From Candidatus Tepidifontimicrobium thermophilum (GTDB lineage Bacteria; Sysuimicrobiota; Sysuimicrobiia; Sysuimicrobiales; Sysuimicrobiaceae), in NCBI GenBank assembly GCA_031459915.1, contig JAVKHO010000002.1:102597-166596 (forward strand): DNA of 64,000 bases. Direction: 5' to 3'. The notes below the pieces were generated by a model. That model made no database searches and was not told the DNA's origin. It saw only the letters and a list, made by a program, of their open reading frames with translations. Of the stretch, positions 47,221 to 57,004 are shown piece by piece. Numbering within the stretch: position 1 is the first letter of the stretch; every line of letters begins with the position of its first letter. The translations under genes and the position numbers were made by a program.

Positions 47221-48183
47221 CTAGACCAGCTCCGCCGCCAGTCTTTCTTCCGCCAGCTCGCTCACGGAGCTGCGCAGGTGGACGCGGGTGATGGCGTCCG
47301 CCAGCAGCCGGGCCACAGAGACCACCCGGATCTGGTCCAACCGCTTGTCAGCCGGCAGCGGGATGGAGTCCGTCACCACCAGCTCGCGGATGGGCGAGGC
47401 GGCGATGCGCTCGACTGCAGGTCCCGAGAGGACGGGGTGGGTGCAGCACGCGTACACCTCCGTCACCCCGCGCCGCACCAGGGTCTCCGCCGCGCGCACC
47501 AGGGTCCCCGCGGTGTCCACGATGTCGTCCACCAGGATGGCGGTGCGCCGGTACACCTTCCCGATCACGTGCACCACCTCCGCCACCTGGTTGGGCCGGT
47601 CCCTGCGTTTGTCGATGATGGCCAGGGGCGCTCCCAGGACCTGTGCGAACTCCCGAGCCCGCCGGACGCCTCCCACGTCCGGGGAGACCACCACCACGTT
47701 CCGCAACCCCTTGTGCAGGAAGTAGTCCGCCAGCAACATGCGCGCGCCCAGGTGGTCCAGGGGGATGTCGAAGAAGCCGGAGATCTGCCCCGCGTGCAGA
47801 TCCAGGGCCAGGAGGTGCTGGACCCCGGCTCGCACCATGAGGTTGGCCACCAGCTTCGCGGTCACCGGCTCCCGGGCGCCCGTCTTGCGATCCTGACGGG
47901 CGTAGCCGAAGTACGGCACCACCGCCGTCACCCGGGCTGCGGAGGCCCGGCGCAGGGCGTCGGCCAGCACCAGCAGCTCCAGCAGGTGGTCGTGCACCGG
48001 CGGGCAGGTGGGCTGAAGGACGAAGCAGTCCCGACCGCGCACGCTTTCCTCCAGCCGCACCTCGATCTCCCCGTCCGGGTAGCGGGCCACCACCGCCTCC
48101 AGCAGCGGGACGTCCAGGTACGTGGCCACCCGCCGCGCCAGGGCCGGGTTGGCGGTACCGGTGATGAGGGCGAGGTCCCTCAC
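47221..48183 (-). CDS. prs: Ribose-phosphate pyrophosphokinase
   Basis: PYFGYARQDRK, DLHAGQI, SPDVGG and DDIVDTAGT. Confidence 0.97.
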   Translation of the reverse strand: MRDLALITGTANPALARRVATYLDVPLLEAVVARYPDGEIEVRLEESVRGRDCFVLQPTCPPVHDHLLELLVLADALRRASAARVTAVVPYFGYARQDRKTGAREPVTAKLVANLMVRAGVQHLLALDLHAGQISGFFDIPLDHLGARMLLADYFLHKGLRNVVVVSPDVGGVRRAREFAQVLGAPLAIIDKRRDRPNQVAEVVHVIGKVYRRTAILVDDIVDTAGTLVRAAETLVRRGVTEVYACCTHPVLSGPAVERIAASPIRELVVTDSIPLPADKRLDQIRVVSVARLLADAITRVHLRSSVSELAEERLAAELV

Positions 48184-49559
48184 GGGTCGGTCTCCCGCTT
48201 CGCCCGCCGGACCACCCGCGCGGGCACGCCCACGGCCACCATCCCGGGTGGGATGTCCTTGGTAACCACCGAGCCCGCCCCCGTCACCGCGCCCGCGCCC
48301 ACCCGCACGGGTGCGTTCAGCAAAGTGTCGCTGCCGATGAACGCTCCGTCCTCGATCACGGTGGGGTGCTTGCCGGGGATCCCGTACTTGAAGTTGCACG
48401 TGATGGTCCCCGCCCCGATGTTCACGTCCCGGCCTACCGTGGCGTCACCGAGGTAGGACACGTGCTGTACCTTGGTGCCCTCGCCCACGGTGGAGTTCTT
48501 GATCTCCGCGAAGTTCCCCACCACCACCCGGGGGGCCAGGCGCGTGCCGGGCCGCAGGTGTGCGTACGGGCCGATCCGGCACTCCTCGGCGACCTCGCTC
48601 TCCTCCACCACCGACCACAGGATCTGGACCCGGTCTCCGATGCGGGAGCCGCGCACGTGCGCCCCGGGTCCCACCGTGCACCCGCAGCCCACCACCGTGC
48701 CCGCCTCCAGCACCGTGAAGGGCAGCAGCACGGTGTCGCTGCCCACCTGCACGTCGGGCGTCACGTAGGTGGTGTGCGGGTCCAGCACGGTGACACCGGA
48801 GTCCATCAGCCGTTGCAGGGTCCTCCGGCGCAGCTCCTCCTCCGCGGCCGCCAGCTCCCTCCGTGAGTTCACGCCCATCACCTCCGTCACCTCCCTGGCC
48901 CGGACCGTTCCCACCTCTCGCCCTCGTGCCTGCAGCCAGCCGAAGGCGTCCGTGAGGTAGTACTCGCCCTGCGCGTTCTGCGGCGTGAGGTGCGCCAGGG
49001 CTTCCCGTAGGTCCTGCGCTTCGAAGCAGCACAGCCCCGTGTTCACCTCGCGGAGCTGGCGCTCCTCGGGCGTGCAGTCCGCCTCCTCCACCACCCGCAC
49101 GAAGGAGCCGTCCACCGCCCGCACCACCCTCCCCAGCCCGTGGGGAGCATCCAGCACCGCCGTGAGCAGCGTCGCCGCGAACCCGCCCTCCACGTGGGCC
49201 CCTACCAGGCGGCGGAAGGTCTCCTCGCCCACCAGCGGGGTGTCCCCGTAGGCCACCAGCACCGGACCGCGGTGACCTTCCAGGTGCCGCAGGGCGCAGC
49301 GCACCGCGTCCCCGGTCCCCCTGGGCGCCTCCTGCCAGGCCACCTGCACCCCTGGGGGAAGCACCTGACACACCGCTTCTCCCCTGTGGCCCACCACCAC
49401 CACCACGGGCCCGTCCGCCACGGGCCGCAGCGCGTCGAGGACCCGGAGCACCATGGGCCGGCCGCCCACCGGGTGCAGGACCTTGGGCAGGCGGGACCGC
49501 ATCCGCCGGCCCTCTCCCGCGGCCAGCAGGATCGCCGCCACCGTCCGGTGGCCTCTCAC
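48180..49559 (-). CDS. glmU: Bifunctional UDP-GlcNAc pyrophosphorylase / acetyltransferase
   Basis: LAAGEGRRMRSRLPKVLH, NAQGEYYLTD, HVSYLGD and GAGTITCN. Confidence 0.97.
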   Translation of the reverse strand: MRGHRTVAAILLAAGEGRRMRSRLPKVLHPVGGRPMVLRVLDALRPVADGPVVVVVGHRGEAVCQVLPPGVQVAWQEAPRGTGDAVRCALRHLEGHRGPVLVAYGDTPLVGEETFRRLVGAHVEGGFAATLLTAVLDAPHGLGRVVRAVDGSFVRVVEEADCTPEERQLREVNTGLCCFEAQDLREALAHLTPQNAQGEYYLTDAFGWLQARGREVGTVRAREVTEVMGVNSRRELAAAEEELRRRTLQRLMDSGVTVLDPHTTYVTPDVQVGSDTVLLPFTVLEAGTVVGCGCTVGPGAHVRGSRIGDRVQILWSVVEESEVAEECRIGPYAHLRPGTRLAPRVVVGNFAEIKNSTVGEGTKVQHVSYLGDATVGRDVNIGAGTITCNFKYGIPGKHPTVIEDGAFIGSDTLLNAPVRVGAGAVTGAGSVVTKDIPPGMVAVGVPARVVRRAKRETDP

Positions 49560-49586
49560 CGGTCACCTCCCCAGCGCTGCGCGGGC

Positions 49587-49615
49587 TTGACCCCTGGCGG
49601 GGGCGTCCGTATGGT
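49587..49615 (+). promoter_or_regulatory. Promoter of riboswitch-terC
   Basis: TTGACC-N17-TATGGT. Confidence 0.7.
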
Positions 49616-49634
49616 GTTGGTGGCCCCGCACGGC

Positions 49635-49791
49635 GCGGGGCTGAGGGGAGTAACTGGCGGCCGTGCGTAGTGCGCGCGCGGCCGCGGCCCGGTCGTCAGT
49701 CCGGCGGACGCGGGCAGGCGGTCCGCCCGGTCGGGCCTGTGGCGATGCCTCACGGTGAGACCTCCGGCGGGCACCGGAGGTCTTTCGTTTT
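49635..49791 (+). ncRNA. yybP-ykoY manganese riboswitch with terminator platform
   Basis: AGGGGAGTAAC..CGTCA..GGTGAGACC core; AGACCTCCGG..CCGGAGGTCT hairpin plus TTCGTTTT; upstream of a TerC gene. Confidence 0.85.
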
Positions 49792-49814
49792 GACAGGGGA
49801 CGCGGGGGAGGCGG

Positions 49815-50768
49815 ATGAACGTCGAGGTGCTGCTGTGGATCGTCTTCCACGTGGTGGTGGGCGCCATGCTGGCCGTCGACCTCGGAGTTTTCCAGCGCAC
49901 ACCCCACAAGCTGTCCATGCGGGAAGCCACCATCTGGAGCGTGGTGTGGATCGCCGCGGCGCTTCTGTTCAACGCGGGGGTCTGGGCCCTGGAGGGCCCC
50001 CAGGTCGGGCTGGAGTGGCTCACCGCGTACCTCGTGGAGAAAGCCCTGAGCGTGGACAACCTCTTCGTCTTCCTCGTCATCTTCTCATACTTCGCCGTCC
50101 CGGACCACCTGCAGCCGCGCGTCCTCCTGTGGGGAGTCCTTGGCGCCGTGGTCATGCGGGCCAGCCTCATCCTGGTGGGCGTCACCCTGGTCAAGCTCTT
50201 CCACTGGGTGCTGTACCTCTTCGGCGCGCTCCTCGTGTACACGGGCTGGAAGCTGTTCCGGCACCGGGAAGAGACCGTGGACCCGTCACAGAACCCGGTG
50301 CTCCGGGCGGTGCGGCGGAGGTTCCCCGTCACGGAGACGTACGTGGGAGGCCGCTTTTTCCTCCGTCGGGAAGGCCGGCTCTGGGTGACCCCGCTGTTCC
50401 TGGTGTTGGTGGTGGTCGAAAGCACCGACCTGATGTTCGCCATCGACTCCATCCCCGCGGTGCTGGCGATCACCCACCACATGTTCACCGCCTATACCTC
50501 GAACATCTTCGCCATCCTGGGGCTGCGGGCCCTCTTCTTCGTGCTGGCGGGCATCATGGACATGTTCCGCTACCTGAAGTACGGCCTGTCGCTCGTCCTG
50601 GTGTTCATCGGCCTGAAGATGTTGGCGGCGGACTTCTACAAGGTCCCGATCGGCCTCTCCCTGGCCGTGGTGGCGGCGATCCTCGCCGTCAGCGTGCTGG
50701 CCTCCGTGCTGATCCCCGCGCCCAAGGAGACCGCTCAGGAGGCTCCCGAGGTTTCCGCGGGTTCCTGA
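49815..50768 (+). CDS. TerC/Alx family membrane protein
   Basis: EKALSVDNLFVF, DLMFAIDSIPA and TSNIFAILGLRAL. Confidence 0.95.
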   Translation: MNVEVLLWIVFHVVVGAMLAVDLGVFQRTPHKLSMREATIWSVVWIAAALLFNAGVWALEGPQVGLEWLTAYLVEKALSVDNLFVFLVIFSYFAVPDHLQPRVLLWGVLGAVVMRASLILVGVTLVKLFHWVLYLFGALLVYTGWKLFRHREETVDPSQNPVLRAVRRRFPVTETYVGGRFFLRREGRLWVTPLFLVLVVVESTDLMFAIDSIPAVLAITHHMFTAYTSNIFAILGLRALFFVLAGIMDMFRYLKYGLSLVLVFIGLKMLAADFYKVPIGLSLAVVAAILAVSVLASVLIPAPKETAQEAPEVSAGS

Positions 50769-50806
50769 CCCCCCGGCCCTCCGCGGGGGCGTAAGATCTA
50801 AAGGGG

Positions 50807-51424
50807 ATGAATCGGATCCGGGCGCGGCTGGAGATCACCGACACGGGCGAGGACGTGGAGGCGGTTCCCTGCCTGTTCTCCCTCGAGGTGGACGGCCGTC
50901 CTCTGCTGCTCCTCGGGGAGAGCGCCCGCGCCCTGGGCATCCCGTCCCACGACGCCTCCTACTCTGCCTACGCGCTGTTCGAGGGCGTGCAGGGCCTGCT
51001 GCTCACCCTCCTGGCGGACCACCACGCGGTCACCGACCCCAGCGATCCCTACGCTTCGCCCCTATTCCTGGCGGACTGCGGGATGGATTGCTGCGGCTAC
51101 CACGACCTGACCGTTCTCCACCGGCAGGGACGCGTGTACCTGGAGGACCCGCGGGACGGCAGCCGGTACGTGCTGGACCCGGCGGAGTACGCGCGGGCGG
51201 TGCTCGCCGCGGTCCAGGGCTTCCTCGACTTCGCGACCCGCGAGTCGCGGCTGCGGGACGACGAGGCGTGGCACCTCTACGACCACCTGAGCTGGCTCGT
51301 GCGCAAGGTCGCCTGCGACGGCGCGCCTCCCGTGCGGGCCGCCTGCCGGGAGTTCCTGGACCGCGCGGACGAGCAGATCCAGCGGGCCACCCGACCCGCC
51401 CAGGAGGTCCGCGGGACCCACTAG
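50807..51424 (+). CDS. Hypothetical protein with CGMDCCG motif
   Basis: Good codon usage, TAAGAT and AAGGGG upstream, protein-like composition. Confidence 0.75.
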   Translation: MNRIRARLEITDTGEDVEAVPCLFSLEVDGRPLLLLGESARALGIPSHDASYSAYALFEGVQGLLLTLLADHHAVTDPSDPYASPLFLADCGMDCCGYHDLTVLHRQGRVYLEDPRDGSRYVLDPAEYARAVLAAVQGFLDFATRESRLRDDEAWHLYDHLSWLVRKVACDGAPPVRAACREFLDRADEQIQRATRPAQEVRGTH

Positions 51425-51879
51425 CGCAACGGCCAGATGACCTGGGGCCGGAGGTTGCGGGACAGGCCCAGTTGCGTCGCCATGCGGTGGGTCCACGCGA
51501 CGAAGCCGTCCACGATCATTAGGCACTCCTCCTCCACCTCGTCCGGGCTCAGGGGACTGGCGCGGAGACGGGCCACCATGTCTCCGATGGCGGAGCAGAA
51601 GGTGCTCACGTCGTCCAGCAGCTCCCGCGCCACCCGCAGCCCCTGTGCGGAGAGCCCCGCAGGCCGTCGGGCGGTCCTGCCCGACAGGCGGCGCCGCTGC
51701 GCCGCCGCCCACTCGTCCAGCTCGTCCAGCACGAAGAACGCGTCCTCCGGCCCCCGCTCCATCACCACCGAGACGAAGCCCTGGCAGGCTCGCCACACCT
51801 GGTGGATCACGCCCGCCAGATACCGCTTGTCCGCCGCCAGAAGCCCTCGGTTCGCCGCCATCACCCGCTCCTCGTCCAT
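51421..51879 (-). CDS. Hypothetical alpha-helical protein
   Basis: Protein-like ORF starting MDEERVMA; stop overlaps the convergent gene's stop. Confidence 0.7.
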   Translation of the reverse strand: MDEERVMAANRGLLAADKRYLAGVIHQVWRACQGFVSVVMERGPEDAFFVLDELDEWAAAQRRRLSGRTARRPAGLSAQGLRVARELLDDVSTFCSAIGDMVARLRASPLSPDEVEEECLMIVDGFVAWTHRMATQLGLSRNLRPQVIWPLR

Positions 51880-51941
51880 ACGCTTTCGACGCTGCCCTCC
51901 TCCGCCCCTCGCCGGGTACAATCGGCTCGGGGGTGAGTGCC

Positions 51942-52403
51942 GTGACCTGCCGCGAGCGCCTCGAGTCCTACTTCCGGGAGAACGCGGTGCCCTTCCGGGT
52001 GGACTGGCACCCTCTAGCGTACACCGCGCAGGAGGTTGCCGCTTCTGAACACGTGTCCGGGTACCTGGTGGCCAAGCCGGTGATCGTCCGGTGTGGGGAA
52101 GGATTCCTCATGGCCGTCCTGGCGGCACCCCAGCGCCTGGACCTGGCCAAGCTGGAGAATTTGGTCGGCAAACCCTGCCGGCTGGCGGAGGAGTCGGAGT
52201 TCGCACCCTTGTTCCCCGACTGTGAGGTGGGGGCTCAGCCGCCCTTCGGCAACCTGTACGGGATCCCCGTGTACGTGGACCGACGCCTGTCGGAGGACCC
52301 GGAGATCGTGTTCCGCTGCGGCTCGCACCGCGAGACCATGCGGATCCCTTACAAGGACTTTGAGCGGCTGACCCAACCCGTGGTGGCGGACCTCGCCGCG
52401 TAG
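51942..52403 (+). CDS. YbaK/EbsC (ProX-like) aminoacyl-tRNA deacylase family
   Basis: HPLAYTAQEVA, VAKPVIV, FPDCEVGAQPPFG and GSHRET. Confidence 0.9.
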   Translation: MTCRERLESYFRENAVPFRVDWHPLAYTAQEVAASEHVSGYLVAKPVIVRCGEGFLMAVLAAPQRLDLAKLENLVGKPCRLAEESEFAPLFPDCEVGAQPPFGNLYGIPVYVDRRLSEDPEIVFRCGSHRETMRIPYKDFERLTQPVVADLAA

Positions 52404-52465
52404 CGTCCGCTGCCGTACAAGGGAAAGCGCGCGGTCCCGCAGGCGGCGGTCCAACCCCGTCGCCA

Positions 52466-54277
52466 TCACACGCCGAACACGAACCGGTCCGCCACCATAG
52501 CCCCGAACAGCAGGGCCAGGTACACCAGGGAGTAACGGTACACGGTCCACGCGGTCTCGCCCCGCCCACGCCACAGTCGCCACGCGCGTCGAACGAACCC
52601 CGCCCCCAGGCCCGCGGCCGCCACAGTGTACAGCCATCCGAGGCCTGCGGCGGGCACCAGCAGCAGCGTCACGAGCACCGTGGCCACGGTGTACAGGAAC
52701 ACCTGCCGGTGGGTCTCCGCCTCGCCCCGGACCACGGGGAGCATGGGGATGCCTGCCGCCGCGTAGTCGTCCTTCAGGTTCAGGCTCAGGGCCCAGAAGT
52801 GAGGGGGAGTCCACAGGAAGACCACCGCGAACAGCAGCACCGCCGGCAGCTCGACCCGACCCGTGACCGCCGCCCACGCCACCAGGGGAGGCACCGCACC
52901 CGCGGCGCCTCCGATCACGATGTTCTGCGGCGTGGTGCGCTTCAGCCAAGCCGTGTACACGAGCACGTAAAACGCCAGCCCCGCGAGGGTGAGGGTTGCG
53001 GCCAGGAGGTTGGCGCCCCGCCACAGGATCCAGAAACCTCCCACGCCGAGGACGGCGGCGAAGGCCACCGCGCGGGCCGGTGGCAGCCGACCTGCTGCCA
53101 CCGGACGCTTCTGCCGCGTGCGTTCCATCACCGCGTCCACGTCCCGGTCCAGCACGCAGTTCAGGGCGTTGGCCGCGCCCGCAGTCAGGGCGCCGCCCAC
53201 CAGGGTGGCCAGCACCACCACCGCGGAGGGCTGGCCCCGCGTGGCCAGCACCAGGGTGCAGGCGGTGGTGACCAGCAACAGCACCACGATCCGCGGCTTG
53301 GTCAGGGCCACGTAGTCGGACACCGCAGCCCGCCACGCCGGTACGGCTCGCGGCTCGGGAACTGCGGGAACCGGGCGGGCCTCCGCCGCGGCCCGCACCA
53401 GCAGCGCCACCAGCACCGCCCACAGCACCGCGGCCAGCCCCAGGTGCGCGCTCACCACCGCGAAGTGCAGGCCGCTCAGCAGGTTCAGCCACCCCACGAA
53501 GATCTGCAGGCCGTACAGGGCGGCCGCCCCGTGAGCCAGCCGTCGAAGGTCCGGACGGTCCTGGCGGGCCCGGACCACCACGGAACCCAGGAGCACCGCC
53601 ACCAGCACCGCCCACAGCCGGTGGGCAAAGTGCTCCAGCACCCCCGGCTCCGCAGGCGGCAGCAGCGCGCCCCGGCACAGAGGCCAGTCCGGACACGCGA
53701 GCCCGGCTCCGGAGGCGCCCACGTACCCGCCCAGCAGCACCAGCACGTACAGGCCCGCCAGAGCCGTCAGCACGGAGCCGCGGAAGCTGCGGCTCCGGGA
53801 GTCTGCGCCACCCGACCGGTATCCCGACGCACGCTGCCACAGCACCACCACCAAAGCCACGAAGAGCAGGGCGGTCCCCAGGTGCAGCACCACCAGCCAG
53901 GCTGCGAGCCCCCCCAGCACGGTGGCGCCGCCCAGGAGGGCCTGGACCACCACGAGCCCCAGGGCGGCCCACGCGGGCTTCCGGAGCTCATGGCCGGCGG
54001 CCCCCAGGCGGTAAGTCCAGACCACCAGGGTGACCACCCAGAGCCCCACCACCGCGGCCACCAGCCGGTGGCTCCACTCCAACAAGACCAGGGGGTCCGG
54101 GGGCGGGATCCAACGGCCGTGGCACAGAGGCCAGTCGGGGCAGGCGTCACCCGCTCCCGTGGTGCGCACGACACCGCCCAGCACCACCAGGGCTAGGCTC
54201 AGGGCCAGCAGGGCCGCCGAGAAGCGACGGAAATGATCCACCGGGTCCGAGTTGCGCGCCGCGCGGCTTTCCGACAA
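52466..54277 (-). CDS. ctaB: Heme A synthase (CtaA/COX15) - heme O synthase (CtaB) fusion
   Basis: Two CPDWPLC..E..HR half-repeats followed by LTKPRI, DRDVDAVMERT, LKRTTPQNIVIGG and WTPPHFWAL. Confidence 0.93.
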   Translation of the reverse strand: MSESRAARNSDPVDHFRRFSAALLALSLALVVLGGVVRTTGAGDACPDWPLCHGRWIPPPDPLVLLEWSHRLVAAVVGLWVVTLVVWTYRLGAAGHELRKPAWAALGLVVVQALLGGATVLGGLAAWLVVLHLGTALLFVALVVVLWQRASGYRSGGADSRSRSFRGSVLTALAGLYVLVLLGGYVGASGAGLACPDWPLCRGALLPPAEPGVLEHFAHRLWAVLVAVLLGSVVVRARQDRPDLRRLAHGAAALYGLQIFVGWLNLLSGLHFAVVSAHLGLAAVLWAVLVALLVRAAAEARPVPAVPEPRAVPAWRAAVSDYVALTKPRIVVLLLVTTACTLVLATRGQPSAVVVLATLVGGALTAGAANALNCVLDRDVDAVMERTRQKRPVAAGRLPPARAVAFAAVLGVGGFWILWRGANLLAATLTLAGLAFYVLVYTAWLKRTTPQNIVIGGAAGAVPPLVAWAAVTGRVELPAVLLFAVVFLWTPPHFWALSLNLKDDYAAAGIPMLPVVRGEAETHRQVFLYTVATVLVTLLLVPAAGLGWLYTVAAAGLGAGFVRRAWRLWRGRGETAWTVYRYSLVYLALLFGAMVADRFVFGV

Positions 54278-54346
54278 ACTACAGGGCGGGCGCGTCCGGG
54301 GCTATTGTACGACGCGCCTCCATTAGAGCGCACGCGGAGGTCACGG

Positions 54347-54853
54347 GTGCTGAACACGGACACGTGGACTGGCTACCCCGGGCGGCACGCCTTCCGGGTC
54401 GCGGCGGCCGCAACCTTGGTCACGGCCCTGGCCTGCCTGGGCGTGTTGCTGTGGGGACTGGGCCGGGCGGTGTGGCATCCAGAAGGTACCGGGACGGTCC
54501 AGGGCTGGTTCGTGGCGCTGTGGGACAACCTCGTGGTGGACCGCACCCGGTGGGCTTTTGCCGCAAGTCTCCTGCTCCTCCTGCTGACCGGGCCAGCCTA
54601 CGGATACGTCTACGGCGTGGCGGTGGCGCCCGTCCTGTACCGGGCCGCCGCTTTGCGGGAGCGTCCCTGGCTGTGCGGGGCTCTGTACGCCCTGCTGCTC
54701 TGGCCCCTGACGCTGTTCGTGGCGTTCCCCCTGGCAGGCGCGGGCATCCTCGGCTCCCAGCTGGCCGGAGGAGGGATGCCGTGGCTAGCGCTCGCGGCCC
54801 ACGTGCTCCACGGGGGGCTCGTGGCGTCGTGGCTGCGGCTGACCGAGGCCTAG
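54347..54853 (+). CDS. Four-TM membrane protein of unknown function
   Basis: Hydrophobic segments and C-terminal AHVLHG; GTG 54347 follows GGAGG. Confidence 0.7.
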   Translation: MLNTDTWTGYPGRHAFRVAAAATLVTALACLGVLLWGLGRAVWHPEGTGTVQGWFVALWDNLVVDRTRWAFAASLLLLLLTGPAYGYVYGVAVAPVLYRAAALRERPWLCGALYALLLWPLTLFVAFPLAGAGILGSQLAGGGMPWLALAAHVLHGGLVASWLRLTEA

Positions 54854-54872
54854 GGGGCCGGGTCCCGGGCCC

Positions 54873-56933
54873 TCAAGTTGGCCTCTCCAGCAGCTCGCGG
54901 GCGGCCTGGTAGACCCGGTCCGGCGTGAGCCCGAGCTTCTCCGCCACCACCGCGTAGGGAGCGGACGCCCCGAACCGGTCGACTCCCAGCACTCGGCCTC
55001 CGCAGCCCACGTACCGCTCCCAACCGAAGGGCCGGGCCGCCTCCACCGCCAGCCGGCGGCGCGCGGGGGCGGGCAGGACCTCCTCCCGGTACGAGGGAGG
55101 CTGGCGGTCGAACAGCTCCCAGGACGGCAGGCTCACCACCCGGACTCGCACGCCCTCGGACCGCAGCCGCTCGTACGCCTCCACGCACAACCAGACCTCC
55201 GAACCCGTACCGATCAGGATCAACTCCGGCGGCCCGTCGCAGTCCGCCAGCACGTAGCCCCCGCGCCGCAGGCCGGAGGCGGGCGCGTACCGGTTGCGAT
55301 CCAGGACCGGCACCGCCTGGCGGGTCAGGACCAGCGCCACAGGCCCTTCCCTGTGCTCCAGGGCTACCCGCCACGCCTCCACGGTCTCCGCCGCGTCCGC
55401 GGGCCGGATCACCAACAGGTTGGGGACACTCCGCAGAGACGGCAGGTGCTCCACGGGCTGGTGGGTAGGTCCGTCCTCGCCCACCAGGACGGAGTCGTGG
55501 GTGAACACGTGCACCACCGGCAGCTCCGCCAGCGCGGCCAGACGGATGGCAGGCCGTTCGTAGTCCGAGAACACCAGGAACGTGGCCACGAACGGCCTCA
55601 GGCCACCGTGGTAAGCGATCCCGTTGGCCACCGCGCCCATGGCGTGCTCCCGCACCCCGAAGTGGAGGTTGCGGCCGCGGTAGTCCATGGGGCCCCCGCA
55701 GGCGCCCTGCGGGTCGCGCACCGCCCGCAGAGGACTCTGAAAGTCGCCCAGGCCTAACAACGCGGTCTGGGTGGACGGGTTCAGGTCTGCGGAGCCGCCC
55801 ACCAGCCACGGGATCCGGGAGGCCAGCACGTTCAGGACCTTCCCCGAGGCGCTGCGGGTGGCCACCCGGTCCCCCGCGGCAAAGGTGGGCAGGTCCTGGT
55901 CCCAGCCCGGCGGGAGCTCACCCCGCTGCGCCCGCTCCCACAGGTCCGCCAGGTCCGGATACTGGCGGGCGTACGCCTCGAACCGCCGACGCCAGTCCGC
56001 CTCCAGTTGCTGGCCCCTTCCGACCGCCTTCCGGAACTCCGCCAGCGCTTCCTCCGGGACCGCGAAGGGCTCCCCGTAGGGCCAGCCCAGGTTCCGCTTG
56101 GCCCGCAGCACCTCCTCCTCACCGAGGGGCGCGCCGTGCGCCTCGTGGCGGCCCTGCTTGCCGGGGCTGCCGTAAGCGATCTGGGTCCGTACCACGATCA
56201 GGGAGGGCCGACTCAGGTCTGCACGGGCCTGCACCAAAGCCGCCTCCACCGCGGCCAGATCGTTACCGTCCGCCACCTCCTGGACGTGCCAGCCCAGGGC
56301 CTCGAACCGGCCGGCCACGTCCTCCGTGAAGGTGAGCTCTGTGCTGCCCGCCAGGGACACCCCGTTGGCGTCGTACAGGCACACGAGCTTGCCCAGCTGC
56401 AGGTGCCCCGCCAACGAAGCTGCCTCGTGCGCCACGCCCTCCATCAAGTCGCCGTCGGAGGCCACCACGTAGGTCCAGTGGTCCACGATCTCGTATCCCG
56501 GGCGGTTGAACACGCTGGCCAGGTGCCGTTCCGCGATGGCCATGCCCACCGCGTTGGCAAACCCCTGGCCCAGAGGACCCGTGGTGCACTCCACCCCGGG
56601 CGTGGCGCGGAACTCCGGGTGGCCGGGCGTCCGGCTTCCCCACTGGCGGAAGTTCTTCAGGTCGTCCAGGGTGAGGTCGTAACCCGTGAGGTACAGGAGG
56701 GCGTACAGCAACATGGACGCGTGCCCCGCGGACAGCACAAACCGGTCCCGGTCGGGCCAGTGCGGGTTGCGGGGGTTGTGGCGGAGGAAGCGGGTCCACA
56801 GGACGTAGGCCGGCCCGGCGAACCCCATGGGCGCACCCGGGTGACCTGACCGGGCGCGCTCCACCGCGTCCATGGCCAGCGCCCGCAGGGTGTTCACGCA
56901 CAGTATGTCCAGAGCCTGCCGCTGTCCGATCAT
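54873..56933 (-). CDS. tkt: Transketolase
   Basis: [33 protein letters not shown] and [15 protein letters not shown] 56933 follows GGAGGAGG. Confidence 0.98.
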   Translation of the reverse strand: MIGQRQALDILCVNTLRALAMDAVERARSGHPGAPMGFAGPAYVLWTRFLRHNPRNPHWPDRDRFVLSAGHASMLLYALLYLTGYDLTLDDLKNFRQWGSRTPGHPEFRATPGVECTTGPLGQGFANAVGMAIAERHLASVFNRPGYEIVDHWTYVVASDGDLMEGVAHEAASLAGHLQLGKLVCLYDANGVSLAGSTELTFTEDVAGRFEALGWHVQEVADGNDLAAVEAALVQARADLSRPSLIVVRTQIAYGSPGKQGRHEAHGAPLGEEEVLRAKRNLGWPYGEPFAVPEEALAEFRKAVGRGQQLEADWRRRFEAYARQYPDLADLWERAQRGELPPGWDQDLPTFAAGDRVATRSASGKVLNVLASRIPWLVGGSADLNPSTQTALLGLGDFQSPLRAVRDPQGACGGPMDYRGRNLHFGVREHAMGAVANGIAYHGGLRPFVATFLVFSDYERPAIRLAALAELPVVHVFTHDSVLVGEDGPTHQPVEHLPSLRSVPNLLVIRPADAAETVEAWRVALEHREGPVALVLTRQAVPVLDRNRYAPASGLRRGGYVLADCDGPPELILIGTGSEVWLCVEAYERLRSEGVRVRVVSLPSWELFDRQPPSYREEVLPAPARRRLAVEAARPFGWERYVGCGGRVLGVDRFGASAPYAVVAEKLGLTPDRVYQAARELLERPT

Positions 56934-57004
56934 GCCCTCCTCCAGGCTGCAGCTCGCGTCCACCATAGCAGGAACCGGACAGGCCGTCCAAGAACACCGC
57001 CGCC

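Noticed and set aside
49556..50488. 310-aa minus-strand ORF upstream of glmU
   Set aside because: Antisense to the well-supported terC and its riboswitch.
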